Assembly (NCBI GenBank): GCA_029558635.1
Contig: JAKQEE010000052.1
Coordinates: 204,860 to 268,859 of the forward strand
Reading direction: 5' to 3'
DNA length: 64,000 nucleotides
Source: Pseudomonadota bacterium
GTDB taxonomy: Bacteria > Pseudomonadota > Alphaproteobacteria > Micavibrionales > Micavibrionaceae
Below the pieces are notes generated by a model. The model saw only the letters and a program-made list of their open reading frames with translations. It was not told the DNA's origin and did not search any database. Positions 1 through 9,129 of the stretch are shown in pieces (the stretch's first letter is position 1; each line of letters opens with the position of its first letter). The position numbers and the translations under genes were made by a program.

Positions 1-502
1 CGTGGGGAGAGGTCGGCATGTCCACAATTGAATATTTGTACGAAATGCAATCTTCAATCGAGAAAGAGACGTCGTGAAATCTGTTTTTGAGTTGATCTGC
101 CATCAAATTTTCACTGGAGCTTACAAATTTGATGAATTGGTCGAGATTGTTTTTAGGTATTCTTTCGATGCATTTTTCCCAAAACAGGGTTTGGAGCGGG
201 TTGACGTCAAAAAGAACGACATGGTCAGGTTTCAGTCTGGCGATGTAGCCGAAATTGATCATTCCGCCTACGCCGACATAAACCATTGGGCGCTTTCTTG
301 TTTTTCCGGACAGGAAATCCAGCGCTTTCATGTGGTTTCCTTCAGCAACCGGTGCCAAATGGATCTGGTCGGCATGGATAAACTCGCCTTTCAGATAGCC
401 GACACCACCCGGGATTGCGATGCTCAATCCCTCTGTCGGCTTGTACTTTAATTCTTCCAGACCGGGGGCGGCCTGTTTCAATATTGTTCTTTCCGCGTAC
501 AT
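1..502 (-). CDS. hypothetical protein, N-terminal part only (runs off the left edge)
   Basis: I translated the minus strand from the ATG at 502-500: MYAERTILKQAAPGLEEL...RPMVYVGVGGMINFGYIARLKPDHVVLFDVNP... The frame stays open for 167 codons down to position 1. It is absent from the ORF track because no stop lies in the window. The Gly-rich VGVGG followed by a strand ending in D weakly suggests a Rossmann or SAM-methyltransferase-like fold. The + ORF 74..451 is its antisense shadow. Confidence 0.5.
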   Translation of the reverse strand, partial: MYAERTILKQAAPGLEELKYKPTEGLSIAIPGGVGYLKGEFIHADQIHLAPVAEGNHMKALDFLSGKTRKRPMVYVGVGGMINFGYIARLKPDHVVLFDVNPLQTLFWEKCIERIPKNNLDQFIKFVSSSENLMADQLKNRFHDVSFSIEDCISYKYSIVDMPTSPH

Positions 503-663
503 GGGCGCGGACTATAGCAACTGGCATTGCATTTGTCATGCGTTCATGTATCTTATTGATATGGATAAGAAATTTTTGTTCAAGATCATTGCGGCCAAGG
601 TTGTTTTCCTGATTGTTGTGGCTGTGCTGGTTTGGGCGATGTGGCCCAGCCCAAGGTAGATTT

Positions 664-2490
664 ATGGCTTCTCGTGTTCTTCTCAGTGTTCAGGAGGCTC
701 TGGTCAGTTTTGGCGGAGCGCCTGTGTTTGAAAACCTCACCTTTCATATTCTGGAGGGGGATCGGACGTGTCTGGTCGGTAAGAACGGTGCGGGTAAATC
801 GACACTGATGAATATCATCCGTGGCCTAAAAGAATTGGACGATGGCGAGCGTTGGGTGCTGGCGGGAACCACCATCGGGTATTTGCAGCAGGATATTCCC
901 CTGAAGGCGGGGCAGACGGTCAAGGATTTTATCCTTGAGGATTTAAGTGAGGAAAACCAAACTGAAGCGTTTACGTACCGAATGGAAATGGTGGCTGAAC
1001 CTCTTCATATCAATCTCGATGACCGAATGGATCAATTGTCGGGCGGGCAGATGCGCCGCGCGGCGCTCGCACGCGCGTTGGTGGAGGAGCCGGATATTTT
1101 ATTACTCGACGAGCCGACCAACCATCTCGATCTGGATGTTATCCTTTGGCTGGAAAATTATTTGAAGGGCTATCGCGGGGCTTTTTTGTGCGTGAGCCAC
1201 GATCGCAAATTTCTAGAGAATATTTCAGATAAGGTTTTCTGGCTTGACCGTGGGAGCTTGCGCGTTTGCCCGCGGGGATATTCCTATTTCGAAGAGTGGT
1301 CGGGGGCATTGATCGAACAGGAGGAGCGCGAGCTTAAAAACCGCGAGAAGATGCTGGAAATCGAGGTGGAATGGGCATCACGCGGGGTTAAAGCGCGGAG
1401 AAAACGCAATGTGCGGCGGCTGTCCTTGATGAAAGAAGAGCGGGATCGGCTGAAGGCCGATAAATCAGCGTTCTTCAAGATGATGGCCAAAATCGAGATG
1501 GAGGGCGGAGGATTTGAGGGGTCTTCCAAGATCGTGGCCGAATTTATCAAGGTGCATAAAAGTTTCGAGGATAAGAAAATCCTCGATGGATTTTCTTTGC
1601 GGATTTTGCGCGGCGACCGGATCGGGATTCTGGGCAAAAACGGGTCTGGGAAATCGACCTTTCTGAAGTTACTGATTGGCGAGATGGACCCTGATGCTGG
1701 GAAAGTCAAGCGCAACAAGGAGATCGAGTTTTCCTATTTCGATCAGAGCCGCTCGACATTGAACCCCCAAGATTCTTTATGGCGGACATTGATTCCGTCA
1801 GGCGGGGATTATTTGACCGTGATGGGGAAAACGCGCCACGTATGCGGGTATTTGAAAGATTTCCTGTTTGATCCTGCGACGGCGCGGCATTCTGTATCTA
1901 CCCTGTCGGGCGGGCAGAAAAACAGGTTATTACTAGCCAAGGTTCTGGCCGATCCGAAATCGTTCCTAATTCTTGATGAACCTACCAATGATCTGGATAT
2001 GGATACGCTCGATGTTTTAGAGGAAATTTTGAGTGCCTATCAGGGCACGTTGATTGTGGTCAGTCACGACCGCGATTTTCTGGACCAGACCGTGTCCAAA
2101 ATTCTGGCGTTCGAAGGGGATGGGGTGATTGAGGGGTATATCGGCGGGTATTCCGATTATCTGGAGGCGCGGGTGCAGAAGGACAAGCCGCAAGCTACTG
2201 AGGAGAAGACTGGGAAATCGGTTTCACTGTCGGATGCGCCGGAAAAATCTGCGCCCAAAAAGATGTCTTACAAACTTCAATACGAACTCGAACACTTGCT
2301 GGACAAAATAGCGGGGTTGGAGAAGGAGATTGAAGACTTGTCCGTGGTTTTGGAAGATGCCGATCTTTATTCGCGTAATCCGTCGGTTTTTCATGCAACG
2401 TCCGAGCGGTTGGAGCAGGCTAGAGTCGATCTTGAGGCCGCGGAACATCGTTGGTTGGAACTGGACGAGATGAGTTCTTCTCTTAACTAA
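664..2490 (+). CDS. ABC-F family ATPase (Uup/EttA-like; two ABC domains, no membrane domain)
   Basis: ORF 613..2490. It has two Walker A motifs (GKNGAGKST, GKNGSGKST), two LSGGQ signatures, a charged inter-domain linker and a coiled-coil tail. I trimmed the start to the ATG at 664 (MASRVLLSVQEA). Confidence 0.9.
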   Translation: MASRVLLSVQEALVSFGGAPVFENLTFHILEGDRTCLVGKNGAGKSTLMNIIRGLKELDDGERWVLAGTTIGYLQQDIPLKAGQTVKDFILEDLSEENQTEAFTYRMEMVAEPLHINLDDRMDQLSGGQMRRAALARALVEEPDILLLDEPTNHLDLDVILWLENYLKGYRGAFLCVSHDRKFLENISDKVFWLDRGSLRVCPRGYSYFEEWSGALIEQEERELKNREKMLEIEVEWASRGVKARRKRNVRRLSLMKEERDRLKADKSAFFKMMAKIEMEGGGFEGSSKIVAEFIKVHKSFEDKKILDGFSLRILRGDRIGILGKNGSGKSTFLKLLIGEMDPDAGKVKRNKEIEFSYFDQSRSTLNPQDSLWRTLIPSGGDYLTVMGKTRHVCGYLKDFLFDPATARHSVSTLSGGQKNRLLLAKVLADPKSFLILDEPTNDLDMDTLDVLEEILSAYQGTLIVVSHDRDFLDQTVSKILAFEGDGVIEGYIGGYSDYLEARVQKDKPQATEEKTGKSVSLSDAPEKSAPKKMSYKLQYELEHLLDKIAGLEKEIEDLSVVLEDADLYSRNPSVFHATSERLEQARVDLEAAEHRWLELDEMSSSLN

Positions 2491-3439
2491 GGATGGCCAC
2501 TGCGCCGATGTAGACGGCATAGGCGCCAAGCATAAGCCCGCCTTCTATCCTTGAAATTTTGCGGTTCGAGTAGGCGAAGACGAGCAAGGCGACTGCGGCG
2601 GCCACGGCGACCCACAAATCGAAATGAAGGATTTCCCGTGGAACCGGAATGGGTTTGACCAGCGCGGTGATGCCCAGAATGGCCAAGATATTGAAGATGT
2701 TGCTGCCGATCACATTGCCCAACGCCACATCGGATTGACGTTTGAGTGCTGCCATGACCGAGGTGGCCAGTTCAGGGAGCGACGTACCCACGGCGACAAC
2801 GGTGAGACCTATCACAGTGTCGGATACGCCCAGACCTTTGGCCAGTTCCGTGGCTCCGCTCACCAGCAAATTGGCGCCGACTACCAAAATGGCCATACCG
2901 CCTACGGCAATCAGAAGGTTCAGAGGGATGGATTTAACCGGAGATGGCATTGCCTCTGATTCATGTTCATGCATTTCACTGGAGAGGTCTTTTTGTTTCC
3001 GTTCGATGTGAAACGTCATGGCGAGGTAAGAGATCAGGCCTAATAGAAAAATAAGCCCCATAACGCGTGATATGTCGCCCATAAAGCAGGCGAGAACCAG
3101 CAATGCGGTGGCGATGATCATGACTGTTCCATCGCGAGAGACGGCATCACGAGGGCAAAACATTGGTAAAATGACTGCGGAAATACCTATGATTAGCAAA
3201 ATATTTGCAATATTCGACCCAACGACGTTGCCGATGGCGATTCCCGATGCACCGGACAATGCGGCTTGAATCGAGGTCACGAGTTCGGGTGCGGAGGTTC
3301 CGAAGCCGACCAGGGTAAGACCGATCACGAGTTTGGAAACACCCATTTTTGTGGCAATGGCAACAGAGCCGCGCACGAGCGCTTCGCCACCCAGAAGGAG
3401 AAGAACAAAACCGGCAATAATCAATAATAGGGATGTCAT
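2483..3439 (-). CDS. Ca2+/Na+ antiporter, CaCA family (YrbG-like)
   Basis: 318 aa and polytopic. It carries the two alpha-repeat motifs GNVVGSNIANILLIIG and GNVIGSNIFNILAILG. Confidence 0.85.
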   Translation of the reverse strand: MTSLLLIIAGFVLLLLGGEALVRGSVAIATKMGVSKLVIGLTLVGFGTSAPELVTSIQAALSGASGIAIGNVVGSNIANILLIIGISAVILPMFCPRDAVSRDGTVMIIATALLVLACFMGDISRVMGLIFLLGLISYLAMTFHIERKQKDLSSEMHEHESEAMPSPVKSIPLNLLIAVGGMAILVVGANLLVSGATELAKGLGVSDTVIGLTVVAVGTSLPELATSVMAALKRQSDVALGNVIGSNIFNILAILGITALVKPIPVPREILHFDLWVAVAAAVALLVFAYSNRKISRIEGGLMLGAYAVYIGAVAILS

Positions 3440-4641
3440 GTTTCTATTTTTCCTGTTTTAAGAGTTTTGTCCACCTTTTCTGCCGCCCAGACGCCCATTG
3501 AGAAAGAAGCCTGAAGCAAATAACCGCCTGTGGGGGCTTCCCAGTCCAGCATTTCGCCGATGGCGAAGGTGTTTTTTTTCTTTTTCAGTTCGTAGTTTTC
3601 TGTGAGTTCGGAAAGCTTGATGCCACCTGCTGTCGAAATGGCGCGGTCCATCGGGAATGGCGCGGTGAAGGTGACGGGCAGGGTTTTGATTTGCGGGGCC
3701 AGTGGTTTTGTTTTGTCAGCGCATTCATAAAGAAGATTGATGGCAGCGGGGGGGAGACCTGTTTGTTTACGAAGGAAATTGGTTTGGGTGTCGCGGCCAC
3801 GCGGTTTGGCAAATTTTTGTTCGAGTTGGTCGAGTGATAGGTCCGGTTTTAGGTCGATATGAAGTGTGGCTGATCCGGTTTGTTCGATGGTAGTGCGTAA
3901 GGATTTGGACAGGGCGTAAATCAGGCCTCCTTCCAGACCATCTCTCGAGACCATTATTTCGCCTGTAATGGTTTTGCCGTTGTGCGTGGCGGTGATGGAT
4001 TTGATCGGAGTGCCCGCGAATTTATCTTTGAATATGTCCGACCATGCAACCTGAAAGCCGCAGTTCGCAGGACGGAGCGGGGATATTTCGATGTCTTCTT
4101 TCTCGAGAATTTTTGTCCATGTGCCATCGGAGCCGAGTTTGGGCCATGATGCGCCGCCCAAGGCGAGGATGGTGGCGTCGGCGGTTATGGTTTTTGGTTT
4201 CGGTGTTTTAAACAAAATATTCCCCTCATTGTCCCATCCGGTCCAGCGATGATTTAGATGAAAGGTCACGCCCAGATCATCGAGGCGGCGGAGCCATGCG
4301 CGCAGGAGGGGAGAGGCTTTGAAGCTTTTCGGGAAGATGCGGCCTGATGTGCCGACGAACGTTTCTTCGCCCAGTTCTGCGCACCAGTCACACAAATTTT
4401 GCGGTGTGAAATGTTTGAGGGCAGGTGCAAGGAAACCGGCGGCTTCGCCGTATTTTTTGACAAAACTATCGAATGGTTCGGAATGGGTGATGTTGAGGCC
4501 CCCGCGGCCCGCCATCAGGAATTTGCGGGCAGGGGAAGGTTTAGCGTCGTAAATATCGACTTTGTATCCTTTTCGGGCGAGGATTTCGGCGGCCATCAGG
4601 CCTGCCGGCCCTGCACCGATGATGGCAACGGACTTTCTCAT
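3436..4641 (-). CDS. NAD(P)/FAD-dependent oxidoreductase, HI0933/BaiN-like flavoprotein
   Basis: The N-terminus has the dinucleotide-binding motif VAIIGAGPAGLMAAEILARKG. At 401 aa its length and overall layout are typical of the HI0933 family. It overlaps the downstream antiporter gene by 4 nt. Confidence 0.8.
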   Translation of the reverse strand: MRKSVAIIGAGPAGLMAAEILARKGYKVDIYDAKPSPARKFLMAGRGGLNITHSEPFDSFVKKYGEAAGFLAPALKHFTPQNLCDWCAELGEETFVGTSGRIFPKSFKASPLLRAWLRRLDDLGVTFHLNHRWTGWDNEGNILFKTPKPKTITADATILALGGASWPKLGSDGTWTKILEKEDIEISPLRPANCGFQVAWSDIFKDKFAGTPIKSITATHNGKTITGEIMVSRDGLEGGLIYALSKSLRTTIEQTGSATLHIDLKPDLSLDQLEQKFAKPRGRDTQTNFLRKQTGLPPAAINLLYECADKTKPLAPQIKTLPVTFTAPFPMDRAISTAGGIKLSELTENYELKKKKNTFAIGEMLDWEAPTGGYLLQASFSMGVWAAEKVDKTLKTGKIET

Positions 4642-4777
4642 TTCTCTTTATTCTCGAGGGAAACCGCGCTGTTGGTTACTGTATTGATTGCGCGCATTTC
4701 TAAAAAATCCCTGTAAAGTTGCGGAATTCTTTTGTAGCATAGCCCCCTAAACCCAATCAATTGGAAAAGGTGAGGAC

Positions 4778-5464
4778 ATGACCTCTGCGGCAGTAAAGCT
4801 CGATCCCAGCTGGATGGATGTGGTGGGGGAGGAGTTCGAAAAGCCCTATATGCACAATTTGAAGGCGTTTTTGGTTCAGGAAAAGGTCGCCGGAAAAGTC
4901 GTGTATCCCAAGGGCGACGAGATTTTTAATGCGCTCAATACCACGCATTTCGACGATGTGCGGGTGGTGATTTTAGGGCAGGACCCGTATCACGGGCCAA
5001 ATCAGGCGCATGGGCTTTGCTTTTCGGTGAGGGACGGTGTTCCTCCGCCGCCGAGCCTTGTGAATATCTATAAGGAAATCGCTGCCGAATACGGGGTGGC
5101 TATACCCAAAACCGGCGATCTGACGTCGTGGGCGAAACAGGGTGTTTTGTTATTGAACGCTACTCTGACTGTTCAGCAGGCGATGGCCGGATCCCACCAG
5201 AACAAGGGATGGGAAGAGTTTACCGACGAGGTTGTGCGCGCCGTCAATGAAAAGCGTGTGCATGTGGTGTTTATGCTGTGGGGGTCATATGCGCAGAAAA
5301 AAGGCGCAATTATCGACCGCAAGAAACATCTGGTTCTGACCGCGCCGCACCCGTCGCCGTTGTCCGCGCATCGTGGTTTCCTCGGCTGCGGGCATTTCAA
5401 AAAAGCCAACGAGTATCTTACTGCGCACGGGTTTGCACCAATCAGGTGGGCGGAAGTGGCGTAG
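4778..5464 (+). CDS. ung: uracil-DNA glycosylase (family 1)
   Basis: Carries the GQDPYHG water-activating loop and the HPSPLS leucine-loop motif. 228 aa. Confidence 0.95.
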   Translation: MTSAAVKLDPSWMDVVGEEFEKPYMHNLKAFLVQEKVAGKVVYPKGDEIFNALNTTHFDDVRVVILGQDPYHGPNQAHGLCFSVRDGVPPPPSLVNIYKEIAAEYGVAIPKTGDLTSWAKQGVLLLNATLTVQQAMAGSHQNKGWEEFTDEVVRAVNEKRVHVVFMLWGSYAQKKGAIIDRKKHLVLTAPHPSPLSAHRGFLGCGHFKKANEYLTAHGFAPIRWAEVA

Positions 5465-5465
5465 A

Positions 5466-5963
5466 TTACGCCGCTTGGTTCAGATTTTCAGCGGCTTTTT
5501 GACCCTGAACGTAGGTTTCATAGATGATTACGGAGATGTCGAGGTTGCCGAGATGTTTTTCGATCAGGGGCTCGACTTCGGCCCAGTCCATGCTGCCGAC
5601 GCCTGTCGCCAGGCGGGGCAGGGCGATGGATTTCAGATTTTCTTTTTGGGCGAGTTTAGCCAATTCTTTCAACGCATGATCGACGTTGTGGTGTGAGGCC
5701 GGACCGGGGTTGGCATTGTGGTCGTGTGCTTTTTCCTGAGTCATCAGGTTGATGATTACATGTTCGGGAGACGCCCACAACCATGCGTGTCCGGATTTGG
5801 GATGGGTCTGGTGGCACCAGCTACGAAAATCTTTGACCATTGCCGGAAAATGTTCCCTAAGTTGAAGGGCGAGACCGTGGTTGAAATGGTCATCGGGGGC
5901 CACGCCATGCGCGATCACTTGTGCATCTGTCAAAAGGATGTCGCCGCTGACTTTCGTAATCAT
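5466..5963 (-). CDS. macro domain-containing protein (ADP-ribose binding/hydrolase fold)
   Basis: 165 aa. The N-terminus VSGDILLTDAQVIAHGVAPDD and the later IALPRLATGVGSMDW resemble stand-alone macro domains. It is convergent with ung, with a 1-nt gap. Confidence 0.6.
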   Translation of the reverse strand: MITKVSGDILLTDAQVIAHGVAPDDHFNHGLALQLREHFPAMVKDFRSWCHQTHPKSGHAWLWASPEHVIINLMTQEKAHDHNANPGPASHHNVDHALKELAKLAQKENLKSIALPRLATGVGSMDWAEVEPLIEKHLGNLDISVIIYETYVQGQKAAENLNQAA

Positions 5964-6040
5964 TTTTATCTCCTTTGCTAATCGTTATACGATTATAGGC
6001 CTTCTACCCCATTTGTCTATCTGCTATTCCTGTGGCGTTT

Positions 6041-6928
6041 TTACGCGCAGATATCCTTGTTCTCAAGGAATAGGCTTGTGTTCTCAGACGTAATCCAGTT
6101 CTCGTTGTTGCTTTTCTCTCTTAACAAATTTTCCCACGATCCGATGTCGGTCCATTCCGGATCGCAGGGGATCACGGCGCGGTTTTGTGTTTTTTCCATG
6201 ATGGCGACATCAAACGGAATTTTCGGGATTTGAAAATAGGCCGATGGATCGTTCTGGCTTTGGCGAACGAGATTCAAAATGTCCGGCGCGTGTGTTTCAA
6301 ATTCGTCGAGGCCGGTTTGGATATTGAAGAGAAACATGCCGCTGTTCCACAGGAAGTCGCCTTGGTCGATGTAGCTTTGCGCGGTCTCCTGATCGGGTTT
6401 TTCGACGAAGCGTTTGACGTTGTATCCGTCGCCTTTCTGAATGTATCCGTATCCGGTCTCAGGGTGGGTGGGTGTAATGCCAAAGGTCACGATCAGATTT
6501 TCCTCTGCCGTTTCGAGTGCTTTTTCGTAAGCTCCGTTCAATGCGGTTTCGTCTTCGATTTTATGATCGGACGGAAGAATCCATAGGTCAGTATCCTTGC
6601 CAAAGTTTTCTTCGCAATAGAGGATCGCACGGGCGATGGCTGCGGCGGTGTTGCGTGCATCGGGTTCGGCAACGATATGGTGTGTGGCCTGTTCCGAGAT
6701 TTGAGAGAGTTGTTTGTGCGCATGTCCCGCGTATGTGGCTAGTGTGACGGTGACCAGACGCTCAGGAGGGCATCCGGTAATACCCAGAGCGCGACGGGCG
6801 GTATCCTGAAGCAGGGTTCGGGCGGTTGCTAGAGGGTCCAGAAATTGTTTTGGGGCTTCCTCACGGCTCAATGGCCAGAGTCGGGTTCCGGCACCGCCGC
6901 AGAGGATTACAGGGATGATTTCCGGCAT
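6041..6928 (-). CDS. mannose-1-phosphate guanylyltransferase-like nucleotidyltransferase (no C-terminal cupin/PMI domain)
   Basis: The N-terminus is VILCGGAGTRLWPLSR. At 295 aa it covers only the nucleotidyltransferase domain. Confidence 0.8.
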   Translation of the reverse strand: MPEIIPVILCGGAGTRLWPLSREEAPKQFLDPLATARTLLQDTARRALGITGCPPERLVTVTLATYAGHAHKQLSQISEQATHHIVAEPDARNTAAAIARAILYCEENFGKDTDLWILPSDHKIEDETALNGAYEKALETAEENLIVTFGITPTHPETGYGYIQKGDGYNVKRFVEKPDQETAQSYIDQGDFLWNSGMFLFNIQTGLDEFETHAPDILNLVRQSQNDPSAYFQIPKIPFDVAIMEKTQNRAVIPCDPEWTDIGSWENLLREKSNNENWITSENTSLFLENKDICA

Positions 6929-7143
6929 TTGCGCTCGCTCGGCCTTTCAGCGGGTTGGTGGCATCTATAGCTGGGGACGCAGGGGATTGATTTTGTTAAT
7001 CTAAAAATACCCCTGTATGCAACAGGTTCTTTTGGATAGAGAGGGGGTGGCGGCTTGTCGCATATGATTTTTTGTGGTTTTTCTTGAGAAATTGACAAAT
7101 TTTATGTATACAAATAGCAGGTTACTTAGCCAAGGAGGGTCAG

Positions 7144-7383
7144 ATGGAAAAAGTAAAACATTCGGATCATAGCGTAAGCCCAACAGTCATAGCCTTGACG
7201 GCTGCGTTTTTGTCACTCCCTGCGGGGGTTGCTGGTGCTTATACATATGGACCTGAGATCGGCTCGAAATTTTCCGATGCTGTACATACTGTCGTTGGGC
7301 CTTTGGCAAAAGGTATTCGTTCTGCTGCTGACTCAGTAAATCGTATGGATTTGCAAGGGACCCATCCGGCACGCAGATTCTAG
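7144..7383 (+). CDS. hypothetical small protein (79 aa)
   Basis: A strong Shine-Dalgarno AAGGAGGG lies 5 nt upstream. One hydrophobic segment is present. An intrinsic terminator follows immediately. Confidence 0.55.
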   Translation: MEKVKHSDHSVSPTVIALTAAFLSLPAGVAGAYTYGPEIGSKFSDAVHTVVGPLAKGIRSAADSVNRMDLQGTHPARRF

Positions 7384-7404
7384 CAATCTCATAATTTAGA
7401 ATCG

Positions 7405-7433
7405 AAAGGGCCCCGCAGGGCCCTTTTTTATTT
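7405..7433. terminator. rho-independent terminator (GC hairpin + T-run)
   Basis: aaaGGGCCCcgcaGGGCCCtttttt forms a 6-bp GC stem with a 4-nt loop and a T6 run. It lies right after 7144..7383 and abuts the stop of the minus-strand OMP fragment. Confidence 0.8.
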
Positions 7434-7622
7434 CTAATATTTGTATCCCACTCGCAGGTACGTCTGGTCTCGCGTGAAGTTGGCACTGGTGACCTTTGAG
7501 AGTCGTTCCTGATAACGGAAGTCGCCGGCTACGAACATGTTGTCGGTTATTGTATAGCGAAGGCCGATGCTACCTTCGTAATCGTCGTCCGAACGGGTGG
7601 TGTCCTGAAAGTGTTGTGTCGT
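7434..7622 (-). pseudogene. C-terminal remnant of an outer-membrane beta-barrel protein gene
   Basis: My minus-strand translation is TTQHFQDTTRSDDDYEGSIGLRYTITDNMFVAGDFRYQERLSKVTSANFTRDQTYLRVGYKY*. It has alternating-hydrophobic strands and a terminal aromatic beta-signal (YLRVGYKY). The frame is closed by a stop at 7623-7625 and has no start codon or signal peptide. Confidence 0.5.
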
Positions 7623-7694
7623 CTAAAGACATCTTTGAACCTATCTACTCACCAGCCTACTTATGAACTCTTTGGATTGTAAAAAACGTGTAAA

Positions 7695-7711
7695 TGGCGA
7701 CGGGAGGGATT
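7695..7711 (-). repeat. partial duplicate of the tRNA-Ser 3' end (att-like)
   Basis: tggcgacgggagggatt matches the tRNA 3' end at 7851-7869, tggcggaacgggagggatt, apart from a 2-nt deletion. A second piece, tcgaaccctc (7785-7794), matches the T-arm at 7869-7878. All are in the same orientation. Confidence 0.5.
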
Positions 7712-7825
7712 ACTTTGATGCGGTCGTTACACTCCCTGTCAAAGTTGCAAACGCTAAACTCACTTCCGTTCGTTAAGCTCTTTGTCGAACCCTCTTTCCG
7801 GGTTCTTTCCCGCCACCATAAAATA

Positions 7826-7848
7826 ACCCCCGCATGCGGGGGCTTTTT
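7826..7848. terminator. hairpin terminator downstream of tRNA-Ser
   Basis: aCCCCCgcatgcGGGGGc is flanked by A/T runs. It lies 3 nt beyond the tRNA 3' end on the minus strand. Confidence 0.65.
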
Positions 7849-7850
7849 AA

Positions 7851-7945
<95 letters not shown>

Positions 7946-8078
7946 ATACTTCGTTCGGATCGTTGGCCTCGCTTATCAGTTTGCACGCCTTCGTGCGCGG
8001 GGCCACCGTTCCATACGGAGACAATGTTTTACGGGGAAAGCCCCTAAAAAGCAATCCCGAAGTTGCTATCCACCTAAC

Positions 8079-8309
8079 TTATGTATTTGTGAGCTGGACG
8101 TACTGTACCGCGTTGAAATCGCCAATTTTGCAAAGAATGCAGTTTTGCTTGCATGCGGTTCCTTCGACCGAGATGCTGAATGTCGATGAAATGTTATCGG
8201 TTGGTTTGACCTCTACGACACCTTTGATTTGTTTCACGCTTGCTAGCGCTTCCTCGATTTGTTTGCGTGATGACGTGTCTCTAAATTTTACCACCAGATG
8301 TTTTAGCAT
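8079..8309 (-). CDS. small protein with a Dabb-like (stress-responsive alpha/beta barrel) N-terminus, possibly truncated
   Basis: MLKHLVVKFRDTSSRKQIEEALASVKQIKGVVEV resembles the first beta-alpha-beta of Dabb domains. At 76 aa it is shorter than typical family members. A GGAG Shine-Dalgarno lies upstream. Confidence 0.4.
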   Translation of the reverse strand: MLKHLVVKFRDTSSRKQIEEALASVKQIKGVVEVKPTDNISSTFSISVEGTACKQNCILCKIGDFNAVQYVQLTNT

Positions 8310-8405
8310 TGTCGATCTCCGTGATTATCGAAACAATCTAGCGAGGTTTTTCGACATAATCCAGTGAAATTTTAAGGAAAATAGCCTGGAATCAATGCCG
8401 AATTT

Positions 8406-9116
8406 CTATTTTGAGGCTGAAATCGCTTCTTTACAGACGGATTCCCAGTCGTCTTCGAAGGCACCTAGGCGGTCGGACCTTTCGGCCAGCCAATCGTCCC
8501 CTTTGCGGAAGATATGGAAGCTCAGGCAGGCGGTGGCGTCCTTTTGATTTTCTAGGAAGATCAGGGGGCTTTCCAACAGGGTTTTTTCCGTTTTGCTATC
8601 GGCAATTCTTATCCGCGGGCTGTCGATCTCGGCCAGAGTGAATTTACAATCGCTCTGAATCAGGAAGAAAAAGTGGGCGTAATCAGCGGGGACGTCGAGC
8701 GTGTGGATGTGGATTTGTTCGTCATCGGCGATGCCGCCTATACCGGTCGGGTTTTCACCGCTGTGATAGACGGTTCCGCTTTCGTTGATCAGATGTTCCG
8801 GATCAGGACCGATGGTTGCCTTGAGATTGCCATGATTGTCGAAAACAAGGCAGATCAGATCCAGATCGAAATAGTCGTATTCTTTTTCGCGGCCTGTTTC
8901 GTCCACTTTCTTGCGGTACACCCGTTGTGCTTTCCGGTCGTATCCGCTGCGGTTAAAGGGTGTGCGTGTCCATTTGTGGAACAGGGTTTTGAAGAAGGAT
9001 TTTTTCTCTTTTTCTGAAAGTTGGGGCGCGGTCAGAGGTTCCCATGACAAGCCGACGAGGAGTCTTCTTTTTCCGTCCGAGGAGATTGAAAGAGGAATTG
9101 CCGCGGTACTGGTCAT
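8406..9116 (-). CDS. TerD-domain protein
   Basis: The core DLDLICLVFDNHGNL...GTVYHSGENPTGIGGIADDEQIHIHTLDVPADYAHFFFLIQS matches the TerD/CABP1 pattern (DLD..., HSGDN.TG.G.GDDE.I.V.L..vp). The first beta-strand (LLVGLSWEP) is separated from the core by a basic insertion of about 55 aa. Confidence 0.7.
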   Translation of the reverse strand: MTSTAAIPLSISSDGKRRLLVGLSWEPLTAPQLSEKEKKSFFKTLFHKWTRTPFNRSGYDRKAQRVYRKKVDETGREKEYDYFDLDLICLVFDNHGNLKATIGPDPEHLINESGTVYHSGENPTGIGGIADDEQIHIHTLDVPADYAHFFFLIQSDCKFTLAEIDSPRIRIADSKTEKTLLESPLIFLENQKDATACLSFHIFRKGDDWLAERSDRLGAFEDDWESVCKEAISASK

Positions 9117-9129
9117 GTCCGTTCCCTTT

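Noticed and set aside
74-451. 125-aa + strand ORF at the left edge
   Set aside because: The opposite strand carries a longer open frame (167 codons, open to the edge) with more protein-like composition. I treat the + ORF as an antisense shadow.
7092-7120. TTGACA hexamer upstream of the 7144..7383 small gene as a sigma-70 promoter
   Set aside because: No acceptable -10 hexamer lies at 16-18 nt spacing (TAGCAG/ATAGCA), so I did not call it.
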